The notes under the pieces are model-generated. The model was given only the letters and a program-made list of their open reading frames with translations. It was not told the DNA's origin and made no database searches. A program made the position numbers and the translations under genes. Below are positions 11,994-21,987 of a DNA stretch of 64,000 nucleotides, in pieces (positions within the stretch are counted from its first letter, which is position 1; every line of letters starts with the position of its first letter). The stretch is taken from positions 1 to 64,000 of the forward strand of contig JBGAIQ010000026.1 of assembly GCA_044225365.1 (NCBI GenBank). Direction: 5' to 3'. This DNA is from Planctomycetota bacterium (lineage in GTDB: Bacteria; Planctomycetota; B15-G4; JADJEK01).

Positions 11994-12149
11994 TCACGGG
12001 CGCTTCGGCTTGGCGTCGTCGGCGAGCATCCGCATCGGCGGAGTCTCGAGGTCGTCGAGCTGCCCGTCCTTCACGGCCCAGCGGAACGACAGGACCGCGA
12101 TCAGAACGAGCATCACCGCAAGGGTGAGTGTGAGTCCGAGGACGAACAT
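11994..12149 (-). CDS. ccoS: cbb3 oxidase maturation protein CcoS/FixS
   Basis: 51 aa: TM helix then FRWAVKDGQLDDLETPPMRML; TGATG overlap with ccoI. Confidence 0.9.
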   Translation of the reverse strand: MFVLGLTLTLAVMLVLIAVLSFRWAVKDGQLDDLETPPMRMLADDAKPKRP

Positions 12150-14710
12150 CAGGATCGCTCCGAATCTTCGAACGTGCGCCGACGGAACGACATCGCGACC
12201 ACGGTGAGGGACGAGAGCGGCATCAGCACCGCCGCCGCGAGCGGGTGGATGTGGCCCGCGATCGCGAGCGTTGCCGCAACGGCATTGTAGGAGAGCGACG
12301 CCAGCAGGTTGCCGCGAATCACTCCGAGCGTCCTCCGACAGCCGTCGATCAGGACGACGAGAGCCTGTAGATCGCTCCGCGCGAGGTAGACATCCGCCGC
12401 CTCGAGACTCGCCTCGGCGCCGCCTTTCAACGCGATGCCGACGTCCGCGCGCGCGAGGGCTGCGGCGTCGTTGACCCCGTCGCCGACCATGATCACACGC
12501 CCGAACCTCTGCGCCGCCTCGGCCACCGCGGCCACCTTTCGCTCGGGCGACGCGCCACCCTCGCACCGCAGCGGGTCGATACCGACCGCCGCTCCGATGC
12601 GCCGAGCGATCGTTGCGTGATCTCCGGAGAGCAAACCCACCTCGAACCCGCGTTCGCGGAGACTCGCGACCACTCGCGCTCCGTCCTCGCGCGGCGGATC
12701 GCAGAATCCAGCGACCGCGACCACTTGGTCATGACGCGCCACGAAGATCGGAGAGAGTCCGCTCGCGGCAAATCGCGCTTCGGTGGCGCGAGTCGACGTA
12801 TCGAGTGCGATCCCATGGCGAGCGAGCAACTCCTTGTTGCCGACGAAGAGCACTTCGCCGTCGACTTCGCCCGTCACGCCGCCGCCCGGAATCGATCGAC
12901 AGGCGGAGACGACGGGTTCGGGCTCGCCGCGACTCGCCTGATCTTCCGCTGCCTGGAAGAAGGCCTTTGCGTAAGGATGCGAGAGCCCGCGCTCCAGCGC
13001 TGCGACTCTCAACAGGTCGCGCGGCTCGCCGGAGAACTCGAGCAGCGTTGCGCGGCCCGTCGTCAAGGTGCCCGTCTTGTCGAGGAGGACGATCCCTCCC
13101 GCTTTCCGATCACCCAAGCGCTCGATGACGTCACCCCCCTTGACGAGCAGCTTGTTCCGCGCGGCGCGACCGAGAGCGACCTCCACGGCGAGTGGAGTCG
13201 CGAGACCGAGTGCGCACGGGCAGGTCACGATGAGCAGCGCGATCGCATGCTCCGCTGCGACGCCAGGGGAGACCCGGAGCCACAGTGCGAACGTCAGGAA
13301 CGCGAGTGCGAGAACGAGTTTCACGAGGCGATGCGCTGCGCGATCCGCGAGCCGTACGACGGGAGCTCGCGTCGAAGCCTCGTGGCGCATGAGCGAGAGG
13401 ATCTTCCCGAGCCGCGTGTCGCTCCCGATGCTGCGCACGACGAGCTGCGACATCGTCGTCACATTGATCGCCCCGGCCGGGACATCGTCGCCGGGAACGA
13501 GGCGCTGCGGCACGGATTCGCCCGTCAGCAACGACAGATCGAAGTCCGATTCGCCGTCGATGATCACTCCATCGGCAGGTACGGTCTCGCCGGAATGGAC
13601 GACCACACGGTCGCCGATGCGAAGCGCGTCCGCCGGAATTCGCGAGATCTTTTCCTCGCCTCCGGACTCGATCCGGTTAGCGAATCGCGGTGTCAACGTG
13701 AAGAGCAGCTCGATCGCGTCGGCGGCACTGCGCTGCTGGCGGAACTGCAAGTAGCGTCCGATCGACAGCAGGAAGATCACGGCGGTCAGCGACTCGAAGT
13801 ACACCTCGCCGTGCCCTGTGATCGCGTTGACGCCGCCCCAGACCGTGCCCACGGAGAGCGCGATCGCGACGGGCAGGTCCATGTGCGGTTCGCGAGCGCG
13901 CAAGCTCGAGATCGCACCGCGGAGGAACACGCGACCCGGGAAGAGGAGAGCTACGAGCGCGCTCGCGAACCCGAGGAGGCGGAACGTCGTCTTCCACTCG
14001 TTCGCCATTCCCTCGAAGTACTCGCCGTACAACGCGAACGCGAACAGCATCGCATTGGCGAAGCAGGTGAATGCGATCCCGAGCCGGAAGAGATGAGCCC
14101 GCTCCTCGGTCTTCCGCAGGCGCTGCTCGTCGGTGCCCCGCAGGGGATGCGGCGGATAGCCGAGGCGAGCGAGCATGCGCGCGAGTTCCGAGAGCGCGAG
14201 GCGTTTCCCGTCGAAGGTGATGCGAAGCACTCCTCGCGGGAGTTCGAGCCTCGCCTCCAACACGCCAGGCAAAAGTCGTGGCAATTGCTCGATCACCCAG
14301 ATGCACGCCGCGCAGTGAGCCCCCTCGACGAGGAGTTCGATCCTCCGAGGTTCCACGCACGAAGTCCCCGACTCTTCCGTGGTCGAGGGCAAGGCGAGTG
14401 CAGCCGGGCGAACGTAACGCTCGAAGAACGTCGGCTCGTCGAATTCCGCGTAGTCCCGATCGACTCCGACGGCGGGCTCGGTCTTCGTCTCGCCACGAAG
14501 TCGATAGTAGTCGTCGAGCCCGAGCTCGCGCAGGGTCTCCGCGACCGCTCGGCAACCGACGCAACAGTACGTACCGTGCTCGCCGAAGACGGAGAGGGTC
14601 GAATCGTTCGGACCCCGTAGGGCATTCCCGCAATGGTCGCAGCGCCGATCGCGCATCCCGGCGCCCTGCGGTTCCCGCGCGATCGTCGATTCGAGGGTTT
14701 CAGGAGCCAT
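12149..14710 (-). CDS. ccoI: Copper-translocating P1B-type ATPase CcoI/FixI
   Basis: CDHC...YCCVGC N-terminal domain; HCAAC HMA domain; TGES, CPCALGLATP, DKTGT, GDGVND. Confidence 0.92.
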   Translation of the reverse strand: MAPETLESTIAREPQGAGMRDRRCDHCGNALRGPNDSTLSVFGEHGTYCCVGCRAVAETLRELGLDDYYRLRGETKTEPAVGVDRDYAEFDEPTFFERYVRPAALALPSTTEESGTSCVEPRRIELLVEGAHCAACIWVIEQLPRLLPGVLEARLELPRGVLRITFDGKRLALSELARMLARLGYPPHPLRGTDEQRLRKTEERAHLFRLGIAFTCFANAMLFAFALYGEYFEGMANEWKTTFRLLGFASALVALLFPGRVFLRGAISSLRAREPHMDLPVAIALSVGTVWGGVNAITGHGEVYFESLTAVIFLLSIGRYLQFRQQRSAADAIELLFTLTPRFANRIESGGEEKISRIPADALRIGDRVVVHSGETVPADGVIIDGESDFDLSLLTGESVPQRLVPGDDVPAGAINVTTMSQLVVRSIGSDTRLGKILSLMRHEASTRAPVVRLADRAAHRLVKLVLALAFLTFALWLRVSPGVAAEHAIALLIVTCPCALGLATPLAVEVALGRAARNKLLVKGGDVIERLGDRKAGGIVLLDKTGTLTTGRATLLEFSGEPRDLLRVAALERGLSHPYAKAFFQAAEDQASRGEPEPVVSACRSIPGGGVTGEVDGEVLFVGNKELLARHGIALDTSTRATEARFAASGLSPIFVARHDQVVAVAGFCDPPREDGARVVASLRERGFEVGLLSGDHATIARRIGAAVGIDPLRCEGGASPERKVAAVAEAAQRFGRVIMVGDGVNDAAALARADVGIALKGGAEASLEAADVYLARSDLQALVVLIDGCRRTLGVIRGNLLASLSYNAVAATLAIAGHIHPLAAAVLMPLSSLTVVAMSFRRRTFEDSERS

Positions 14711-15428
14711 GACTGCAGCACGGAGGATCCGCGCGGAAGTAGAGCAACGCAACGCCTGCGCTGACCAGGGCAGCCGCCTTCAGGAAATGAGCCATCCGCG
14801 GCGCCGGTCGCGCGAGGACCGACGATCCGATCGCCACGGCGATGAGGGCCGGGAGCGTTCCGAGGAAGAACGCGACGAGGAGGGAAGCTCCGGCGCCGGA
14901 CGATCCAGTCCCCGTCGCCGCGAGCACCATCGCGTGAAGCAGTCCACAGGGCAACAATCCAGAGAGAATTCCGAGCGCCACGGGACGCAGCCGCGCCGGT
15001 GTTCCTCGCACGATCCTCTGCCCGGCTTTGAGCAGCGACGACAGGAGCCTCCGACCCGGCGAGAGTGCGCGTGCGACGAAACCGCGTTCGCCGAGTTGGA
15101 AGAGCTCGAGCAATCCGACGAGCACGAGCAGACCACCGACGATCGCCGGCAGGAAGTGGAAGTCGGTGCGCGCCGCGGTGAGGCCATCGACTCGAGATCC
15201 GAGCCCGCCAGCGAGAGCTCCGAGCAGAACGTAGACGCCGAAGCGACCCGCCTGCTGTGCGGCGATCGCGGAGGCCACGCCCGTTGCATCCGTTGCGTCG
15301 CGAGTGCAACCGATCACGAGGGGACCACACATCGCAGCGCAGTGCGGCGAACCGACGAACCCGGCGACGGCCGCGGCGAACAGGCCGGACGCGGCGGCGA
15401 GACTCGAGGGATCAGCGGGGAACGCCAT
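14700..15428 (-). CDS. DsbD_2/TauE-like membrane protein of cbb3 biogenesis clusters
   Basis: GSPHCAAMCGP and GLLPCGLL motifs, several TM helices, located in the cco cluster. Confidence 0.82.
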   Translation of the reverse strand: MAFPADPSSLAAASGLFAAAVAGFVGSPHCAAMCGPLVIGCTRDATDATGVASAIAAQQAGRFGVYVLLGALAGGLGSRVDGLTAARTDFHFLPAIVGGLLVLVGLLELFQLGERGFVARALSPGRRLLSSLLKAGQRIVRGTPARLRPVALGILSGLLPCGLLHAMVLAATGTGSSGAGASLLVAFFLGTLPALIAVAIGSSVLARPAPRMAHFLKAAALVSAGVALLYFRADPPCCSHGS

Positions 15429-15906
15429 CTCTGCCGCCCGGTTCGAGGTAGCGCCGCAGCTCGGTGTCGAAGTGTTCGTCACCGCGGGTGGCCGCGATCT
15501 TCAGGACGTGGAAACCGCTTCGTTTGGCGTCGTAGGCGAACTCGTATCGACCGTGGCCGACCGCCGTGCCGCAAACGTGATCGACCTGTGCGGCGCGCGC
15601 GGCGTGGAACACGTCGGCGCCGACGGTCGCATCGTCGACCGTGCGGCCATCGCGGTCCTTGATCGTGAGCGCGATGGATCCGACATTCGATTCGGAGTCG
15701 ATCTCGACGCTCCATCCGAGACGGTCGCTCGCTTCACGCAGCTTCATCTCGTCGTCATAGTGCTCGGCACGGTGCTCATAGTCCTTCGCGACCATGAACG
15801 ACGGATCGGACGACGTCAGATAGAAGGCGAACGCGTAGAGCGTCACCGGGAACAGGAGCATGAGGACGATCACCGTCGTCCACCGAGCGCGCGCCGAGAT
15901 CTTCAT
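15412..15906 (-). CDS. ccoH: FixH/CcoH family protein
   Basis: N-terminal TM helix, DPSFMVAKDYE motif, Ig-like C-terminal domain, immediately after ccoG. Confidence 0.75.
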   Translation of the reverse strand: MKISARARWTTVIVLMLLFPVTLYAFAFYLTSSDPSFMVAKDYEHRAEHYDDEMKLREASDRLGWSVEIDSESNVGSIALTIKDRDGRTVDDATVGADVFHAARAAQVDHVCGTAVGHGRYEFAYDAKRSGFHVLKIAATRGDEHFDTELRRYLEPGGRDGVPR

Positions 15907-17381
15907 CGCCCACCTTCCTTCTCACCGTGTTCCTTCGACTCCGAGTGCTTCTCGTGTTCTTTCTCGTGTTCTTCGGATCCCGCGGGTTCGTCCCCCATCG
16001 GGCCGACGAGCGTCTTCTCTCGCACGACGATGTCGCCGTTCCCAAGCGCGAAGCGGAGCGCGAGCGGCGCGCGCCCGTCGTGGAAGACGGAGCGCGGAAC
16101 GATGATCGCGCGGTCGAGGACCGCGACGCCGAACGGCTCGAGTTCGAGGTTCGCCTCCCCGCCCTCGAGCTTGCCCACGCTCGCAATCTCGATGCGGATC
16201 GTCTGCGCCTCCGCCGTGCGATTGCTGAGATGGAGCTGGAGAGGACATTCGATCTCGCCCGACTCCGTGATCCGGAACGGCGTTGCCCGCGTGCGCTGGA
16301 AGACGACGTCGATCGGCTCCCGCTTGCCGAGCCAAGTGCCGAGGAGTCCGAACACGAGGGCGATCAGCACGAGGTAGACGAAGACTCGCGGCCGCAGGTA
16401 GCGCCGTTTGCCGACCTCGAGTTCCTCGATCGACGCGTAGCGAATGAGACCGAGCGGTCGATTCACCTTCGTCATGATCGAGTTGCAGGCATCGATGCAC
16501 TGTGCGCACGCGACGCACTCCATCTGGATGCCGTTGCGGATGTCGATTCCCGTCGGGCAGGTCGTGACGCACGCGTTGCAGTCGATGCAGTCGCCCGCCG
16601 GCATGGCTGGCGTCGTCGCGCCTTCGGCTGCTTTGTGGAGCTTGGCTCGAGGCTCACCGCGACCCTTGTCGTAGCCGATGATCCGCGTCGCGCGGTCGAA
16701 CATCACGGACTGGAAGCGCCCGTAGGGGCACGTCAGCGTGCACATCTGCTCGCGGAAGAACACGAAGTCGACCATCATCAGGATCGTCGTGATCGCCATC
16801 ACGAGGAACGAGCCGGGATGCTGGAACGGGGACTGCGTCATCCAATGAGCGAGGGTCTCGACGCCAACGAAGTAGGCGAGGAACGTGTTCGCGAGGAAGA
16901 GCGATACGACGGACCAGACGATGAATCGAGCCCCGCGCAAGGCCGCGGGCAATGGACCCGGCGTCTTGTGGAGACGATCGAAGAATCGCTCGATCGGACG
17001 GTAGACGAACTCGAGATACACGGTCTGCGGGCAGGCATACCCGCACCACACACGACCGAAGAGCGTCGTGAGCAGGAAGATCGTGAGGAAGATCCCGACG
17101 ACGAGCAGACCGATGAGCGGGCCGTCCGTCGCGAGGAATGGTGTACCGAGGAGCGTGAAGCGACGGTTCGCGAGATCGAGGAGGAGCACCGGCGCTCCAT
17201 GGATCTTCAGGAACGGCAGGATCGTGAACAGCAGAAGGAGGAACCATGCCACCATGCGCCGTCGCACGAAGTGCTTGCCGTGCGACAGACGCGGCTTCAG
17301 CCAGCGACGGCTCCCGTCGGCGTTCAACGTCGACAGGACCTGCGGAGGTTTGCGGAGCAGACTCGGCGGCATGGAGTTCAT
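15903..17381 (-). CDS. ccoG: cbb3 accessory 4Fe-4S protein CcoG/FixG
   Basis: GRVWCGYACPQT, CPYGRFQS, CIDCNACVTTCPTGIDIR, CVACAQCIDAC. Confidence 0.95.
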   Translation of the reverse strand: MNSMPPSLLRKPPQVLSTLNADGSRRWLKPRLSHGKHFVRRRMVAWFLLLLFTILPFLKIHGAPVLLLDLANRRFTLLGTPFLATDGPLIGLLVVGIFLTIFLLTTLFGRVWCGYACPQTVYLEFVYRPIERFFDRLHKTPGPLPAALRGARFIVWSVVSLFLANTFLAYFVGVETLAHWMTQSPFQHPGSFLVMAITTILMMVDFVFFREQMCTLTCPYGRFQSVMFDRATRIIGYDKGRGEPRAKLHKAAEGATTPAMPAGDCIDCNACVTTCPTGIDIRNGIQMECVACAQCIDACNSIMTKVNRPLGLIRYASIEELEVGKRRYLRPRVFVYLVLIALVFGLLGTWLGKREPIDVVFQRTRATPFRITESGEIECPLQLHLSNRTAEAQTIRIEIASVGKLEGGEANLELEPFGVAVLDRAIIVPRSVFHDGRAPLALRFALGNGDIVVREKTLVGPMGDEPAGSEEHEKEHEKHSESKEHGEKEGGR

Positions 17382-17420
17382 CTTCGTCGTTCGGCCTGTT
17401 CTCGTTCGCTACCGGAATGA

Positions 17421-18050
17421 CTAGTGCGAACCCTGCGAGCCCGAGGAAGGACTCGTGCTCGGAGCCTGGTTCGCCGGGTCGGGTTTCGGCCACGGCGCGA
17501 TCTTCTCGCCCTTCGGAGCCTGGCCCTGGATCGGGCGTCCGCGCAATTGGGCGACGTACGACGCCATGAGCACGATCTGCGTGTCACTGAGTTGACCGCC
17601 CCACGTCGGCATTCCCTTCAGCGGAACACCCGCGCGGATGACGTTCGCGATGTCGTCGAGCTTCTTGATGTTGATGTAGTAGTCGTCGGTGAGGTTCGGC
17701 CCGACGCCGCCGCCCGCATCGGAACTGTGACACTGCGCGCACTTGCCCTTGAAGAGGCTTTGCATCGCCGACATCGCCGTCGGATCCACCATGTACTTCT
17801 GCAGCGTCGGGATGTCGTTCGTCAGTTTGCCGTACTTCTCGATGAGGCGGGCCGCGTGCTCCCCGACGTCCTGGTCGTACTCGTCGTGGATCGAACGTCC
17901 GTCGACCGAGTGATAGAACAACACGTACGGCAGGCAGAACAGGATCGTGACCCAGAAGAGCCCGACCCACCAGCCCGGCAACGGGTTGTCGTACTCCCGG
18001 ATGCCGTCGACTTCGTGTTCGAGGAGGAGGTCTTCACGATCGCTCTTCAC
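17421..18050 (-). CDS. ccoP: cbb3 oxidase subunit III (monoheme CcoP)
   Basis: HEVDGIREYDNPLPGWW N-terminus; CAQCH; GPNLTD; GMPTW. Confidence 0.93.
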   Translation of the reverse strand: MKSDREDLLLEHEVDGIREYDNPLPGWWVGLFWVTILFCLPYVLFYHSVDGRSIHDEYDQDVGEHAARLIEKYGKLTNDIPTLQKYMVDPTAMSAMQSLFKGKCAQCHSSDAGGGVGPNLTDDYYINIKKLDDIANVIRAGVPLKGMPTWGGQLSDTQIVLMASYVAQLRGRPIQGQAPKGEKIAPWPKPDPANQAPSTSPSSGSQGSH

Positions 18051-18265
18051 GACTCGTTCCTTCCGTTCTTGGTCGCAAGGTTCATGACACGAGGCTCGAT
18101 CACTCGATCGTCGGAGAGCGGGATCTCACCGACGCGGTCGTAGTACTTCCGTCCGAGCACGATCACGCGCAGGGCGATCACGACGAACAGGAGGAAGCAC
18201 AGGATCAACGCCGCACCGGGCAGCGTGTTCTCGGCGAGCAGGAGCATGGGTTCAGCGCTTGTCAT
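18047..18265 (-). CDS. ccoQ: cbb3 oxidase small subunit CcoQ
   Basis: Small single-TM protein ending in ...IPLSDD, between ccoO and ccoP. Confidence 0.75.
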   Translation of the reverse strand: MTSAEPMLLLAENTLPGAALILCFLLFVVIALRVIVLGRKYYDRVGEIPLSDDRVIEPRVMNLATKNGRNES

Positions 18266-20522
18266 GGTTCTCGACCTTTCCGCTCGCGTCCCCGGCGGCC
18301 ACGGCGCCGGGTGCAGGCTTGGTGATGTCGGTCCCGAGGCGGAGGAGGTACGCGACGACCGCGATCACCTTCTTGTCCTCGAGCTGGAGCTTCGCAAACG
18401 TCGGGTCCTCGGTGACGAGGCGCGCGACGAGTTCCTTGCTCTGCTTGTGCGCGAGATCGGAGGCCTCTGCCGCACTGATCGCGTAGGGCACTCCCAATGT
18501 CTTCTGCGCGTCGATCTTCGAACCGATGACCGCGTAGTCCGCGGGATCCTCGAGCAGCCAGGCGTACCGCGGCATCAGCGAGCCTTCGCTCGTGTCCGAC
18601 GGACGATTGAGGTGTCGCACGTGCCACGCGACCGACGTGATCTTCTGGCCGATGCGATGCAGATCGGGACCGATGCGGCGCGATCCCCACAGGAACGGAT
18701 GGTCGTAGACGAACTCACCGGCCTTGCTGTACTCGCCGTAGCGTTCGGTCTCGTGGAACAGCGGCCGCACCATCTGCGAGTGGCAGTTGACACACCCTTC
18801 GGCCACGTAGATGTCGCGCCCCATCAGTTCGAGCGGCGTGTAGGGCTGGACCGACGCGATCGTCTTGATGTTCGACTTCGCGAGGAACGTCGGCACGATC
18901 TCGAAGAGCGACGCCGACACGACCGCGACCACGACCCAGATCGTGAAGCGCAGCGGGAGGCGTTCCCATCGCCGATGCCAATCGGCCTTGAACAGGTGAT
19001 TCAGTTTCGAGCCGAGCTCCGCCGTGTTCGGCAACGGGACGAGCGGCGCCGGCGGGTCGTGCGCGATCGGCACGAGACGCGGAGCCTCGATCACCGGCAC
19101 GTCGTACTTCGCGGGACGCTTCGCCCACGTGCGAGCGAGGTTCGCGATGCAGAGCAGGATTCCGAAGATGTAGAGGCCGCCGCCGAAGGCGCGCAGGATG
19201 TAGAGCGGCTTCAATCGCAGCACGGTCTCGAGGAAGTCGCTGTAGAGGAGCGAGCCATTGGCGTCGAAAGCACGCCACATGAGACCCTGGGTGAGGCCCG
19301 CGGCATAGATCGGCACGATGTAGATGACGATGCCGATCGTCGCGACCCAGAAGTGCAAGTTCATCCACTTCTTGCTGTGGATCTCGGCCTGGTACAGCCG
19401 CGGCATGAGCCAGTAGACCATGCCGAAGACCATGAAACCGACCCAGCCGAGCGCGCCGCCGTGGACGTGCGCGATGGTCCAATCGGTGAAGTGCGAGAGC
19501 GCGTTCACGCTCTTGATCGACATCATCGGGCCTTCGAACGTGGACATCCCGTAGAACGTGATGCCGACGACGAAGAACTTGAGGATCGGATCCTCGGCCA
19601 CCTTGTTCCACGCTCCGCGCAGCGTGAGCAGGCCATTGATCATGCCGCCCCACGACGGCATCCAGAGCATCACAGAGAACAACATTCCGAGCGTCGACAT
19701 CCACGCCGGGATGGCGGAGTAATGCAGGTGATGCGGACCGGCCCAGATGTAGAGGAAGACGAGCGACCAGAAGTGGAGGATCGAGAGCCGGTAGCTGAAG
19801 ACGGGTTTGTTCGCGGCCTTCGGCAGGAAGTAGTACATGAGGCCGAGGAACGGCGTCGTCAGGAAGAACGCGACGGCATTGTGTCCGTACCACCACTGCA
19901 TGAACGCGTCTTGGACGCCGGCGTAGATCGAGTAGCTCTTGAGGCCCGTCACCGGCACGACCAGGTTGTTGAAGATGTGCAGGACGGCGATCGCGATCAA
20001 CGTGGCGGCGTAGAACCACAATGCGACGTAGAGATGGCGCTCGCGTCGATTCGCGACGGTGCCGAACCAGTTGATCGCGAAGATCACCCAGACGACCGCG
20101 ATCGCGATGTCGATCGGCCACTCGAGCTCGGCGTACTCCTTCGCCTGCGACACGCCGAGCGGCAATGTGATCGCCGCCGAGACGATGATGAGCTGCCAGC
20201 CCCAGAAGTGCAGGTTGCTGAGCAGGTCGCTGAACATTCGCGCCTTGAGGAGCCGCTGCGACGAGTAGTAGATCGCCGCGAAGATCGCGTTGCCGGCGAA
20301 TGCGAAGATCACGGCGTTGGTGTGCAGCGGACGCAGACGCCCGAAGCTCAGGAATGGGAGATCGAGGTTGAGAGAGGGCCAAGCGAGCTCGAGGGCGATC
20401 CAGAGCCCGACGAGCATGCCCACGGCGCCCCAGACGAGGGACGCGGTGACGAATTTCCGAACGATCGAATCGTCGTACGAGAAGCGGTCGAGGTTCGCCG
20501 CTGGCACGGACGGATCTTGCAT
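18252..20522 (-). CDS. ccoN: cbb3 cytochrome c oxidase fused subunits I/II (CcoN-CcoO)
   Basis: FGRLRPLHTNAVIFAF, WWYGHNAVAF, WAGPHHLHY, HVHGGALGW, then the CcoO part EGCVNCHSQMVRP...WGSRRIGPDL...SLMPRY. Confidence 0.97.
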   Translation of the reverse strand: MQDPSVPAANLDRFSYDDSIVRKFVTASLVWGAVGMLVGLWIALELAWPSLNLDLPFLSFGRLRPLHTNAVIFAFAGNAIFAAIYYSSQRLLKARMFSDLLSNLHFWGWQLIIVSAAITLPLGVSQAKEYAELEWPIDIAIAVVWVIFAINWFGTVANRRERHLYVALWFYAATLIAIAVLHIFNNLVVPVTGLKSYSIYAGVQDAFMQWWYGHNAVAFFLTTPFLGLMYYFLPKAANKPVFSYRLSILHFWSLVFLYIWAGPHHLHYSAIPAWMSTLGMLFSVMLWMPSWGGMINGLLTLRGAWNKVAEDPILKFFVVGITFYGMSTFEGPMMSIKSVNALSHFTDWTIAHVHGGALGWVGFMVFGMVYWLMPRLYQAEIHSKKWMNLHFWVATIGIVIYIVPIYAAGLTQGLMWRAFDANGSLLYSDFLETVLRLKPLYILRAFGGGLYIFGILLCIANLARTWAKRPAKYDVPVIEAPRLVPIAHDPPAPLVPLPNTAELGSKLNHLFKADWHRRWERLPLRFTIWVVVAVVSASLFEIVPTFLAKSNIKTIASVQPYTPLELMGRDIYVAEGCVNCHSQMVRPLFHETERYGEYSKAGEFVYDHPFLWGSRRIGPDLHRIGQKITSVAWHVRHLNRPSDTSEGSLMPRYAWLLEDPADYAVIGSKIDAQKTLGVPYAISAAEASDLAHKQSKELVARLVTEDPTFAKLQLEDKKVIAVVAYLLRLGTDITKPAPGAVAAGDASGKVENHDKR

Positions 20523-20568
20523 CGCTGCGCTCCAGAAACCACGGACGGGTTTTGAACTCGCGAGGTTT

Positions 20569-20585
20569 GGCGAATCGTGTGCCGG
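20569..20585 (-). promoter_or_regulatory. Candidate sigma54 promoter of the cco operon
   Basis: Minus strand CCGGCACACGATTCGCC has GG-N10-GC spacing, about 47 nt upstream of the ccoN ATG. Confidence 0.6.
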
Positions 20586-20783
20586 GGTCGAATCGGCCTC
20601 GATGTGCGGCGAGGCGTCGCGGACGAGGCGCTCCGCGCGCGATCGGGTTCCCAGCGGTCGTCGCCGGTGCGAGAAGTTCCCCGCGATCCGCTGGAGAACT
20701 TCCCACGCGCACGCAGCGATCGGAAGTGGGATCGAGCCGGCGAGAGCCGCGTTGTGCCGCTGCCCCGTACGGACTTGTCGCCG

Positions 20784-21860
20784 TTAGGGGTCGCCGGTGA
20801 GGATCAGCGCATGGGCACTACCCAGCGCGCAAGGGACCCCGGAGGAGCAGAAGGCGGTCTGCACGACGAGGCGCACGCCCCCGATTCCCGCGCCGGGGGA
20901 CGCCCGCGATCCGGGCGCCATGGAAGGTGAGCGTGATCGCCGCGGCGGGGAGGGCCGAGACGAGGAAGAGCGGGACATCGCCCTTAGCACTCTTGAGCAG
21001 GAAGGTCGCCGACTGCTGCTCGTGGACCGGCGAGTTCACGAGGAAGTCGAACGTGCTCGTCCCGGGAAGCGCTGTGTAGAGACCCGTGAGCCCCGCGACG
21101 GCGGGTCCCGAGATCGGCGCCGTGCAGCCGCCAAGACCGCCGGGCCCGCCCTCCAGCAGCGACGCGTAGGCGAAGGCCGCACTCGACGGGTCCGTGATGT
21201 TGATCCCGGGCCCGCCGACCCCGGCAGGTAGGATCCCCGGTCCTTCGGACGGACACACTCCGTCCTGGCCCTTCCCGCCCTTCCCGATCGAGGCAGAGAG
21301 CATGAGCTTTCCGCCTCCGAGCCGGATCCCCGGCGATCCGGGCACGAAGATCGTTTGAGGGGTGTTGAGCGCATCGCCATCGAGCACGCAGCCCTCGAAC
21401 GCCACCGCCGCGCAATTCGTGATCTCCATGCCCGCGGGACAACCGACTCCGACGCATGGATCGAAGAGCAAGGTGCCCGCGCAGTTCGCGGCGCGAAGCT
21501 GCGCGAGACGGATCCCGCGAATCACGACCGACTGCTGCGCGTCGATCGAGCCGATCGAGAACGGCGCCTCCGTGGTCAGAATCGTCCCATTGAACTTGTT
21601 CGCGCGACCGAGAGTCACGACCGCGTCGGGGGCGGCGGCGAGCGTCCGACTCTTTCCCGTGATCGCGATCGGGTTGTACACGCCCGTGCGCAGCAGCAGG
21701 ATGTCGCCGCTGGCGGCTGCGTTCACCGCATCCCGGACGGCGACGAAATCCGTTCCCGGGCCCCCGGGCCATGGACAGCATCGACGACGAGGACACCCGC
21801 GGACGTGGAGCAACACAGAGCCGCGACGATGCACGTCGCGATCCAAGACGGCTTCGACAT
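20784..21860 (-). pseudogene. Disrupted secreted beta-helix-like surface protein gene (two frameshifts)
   Basis: Signal peptide MSKPSWIATCIVAALCCSTSAG-VLVVD continues into GPGTDFVAVRDAVNAAASGDILLL only if one copy of the tandem 8-mer at 21755-21770 is removed. A second frame change near 20895 leads to the C-terminus GIGGVRLVVQTAF...LILTGDP*. Confidence 0.7.
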
Positions 21861-21987
21861 GGAAGCACCTCTACGAATCGAGTTGAGGAGCGAATCGACT
21901 GTCCGGCCGCTCTCGGACGCCTTTTCGCCGCCACCGACTCTGATGGAGCGCGCGGAAATCCACGAAGTCCCTCGCAACAAGGATCGA

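Noticed and set aside
18252-20522. CcoN-CcoO fusion as a novelty
   Set aside because: This fusion is already known from several phyla such as Bacteroidota.
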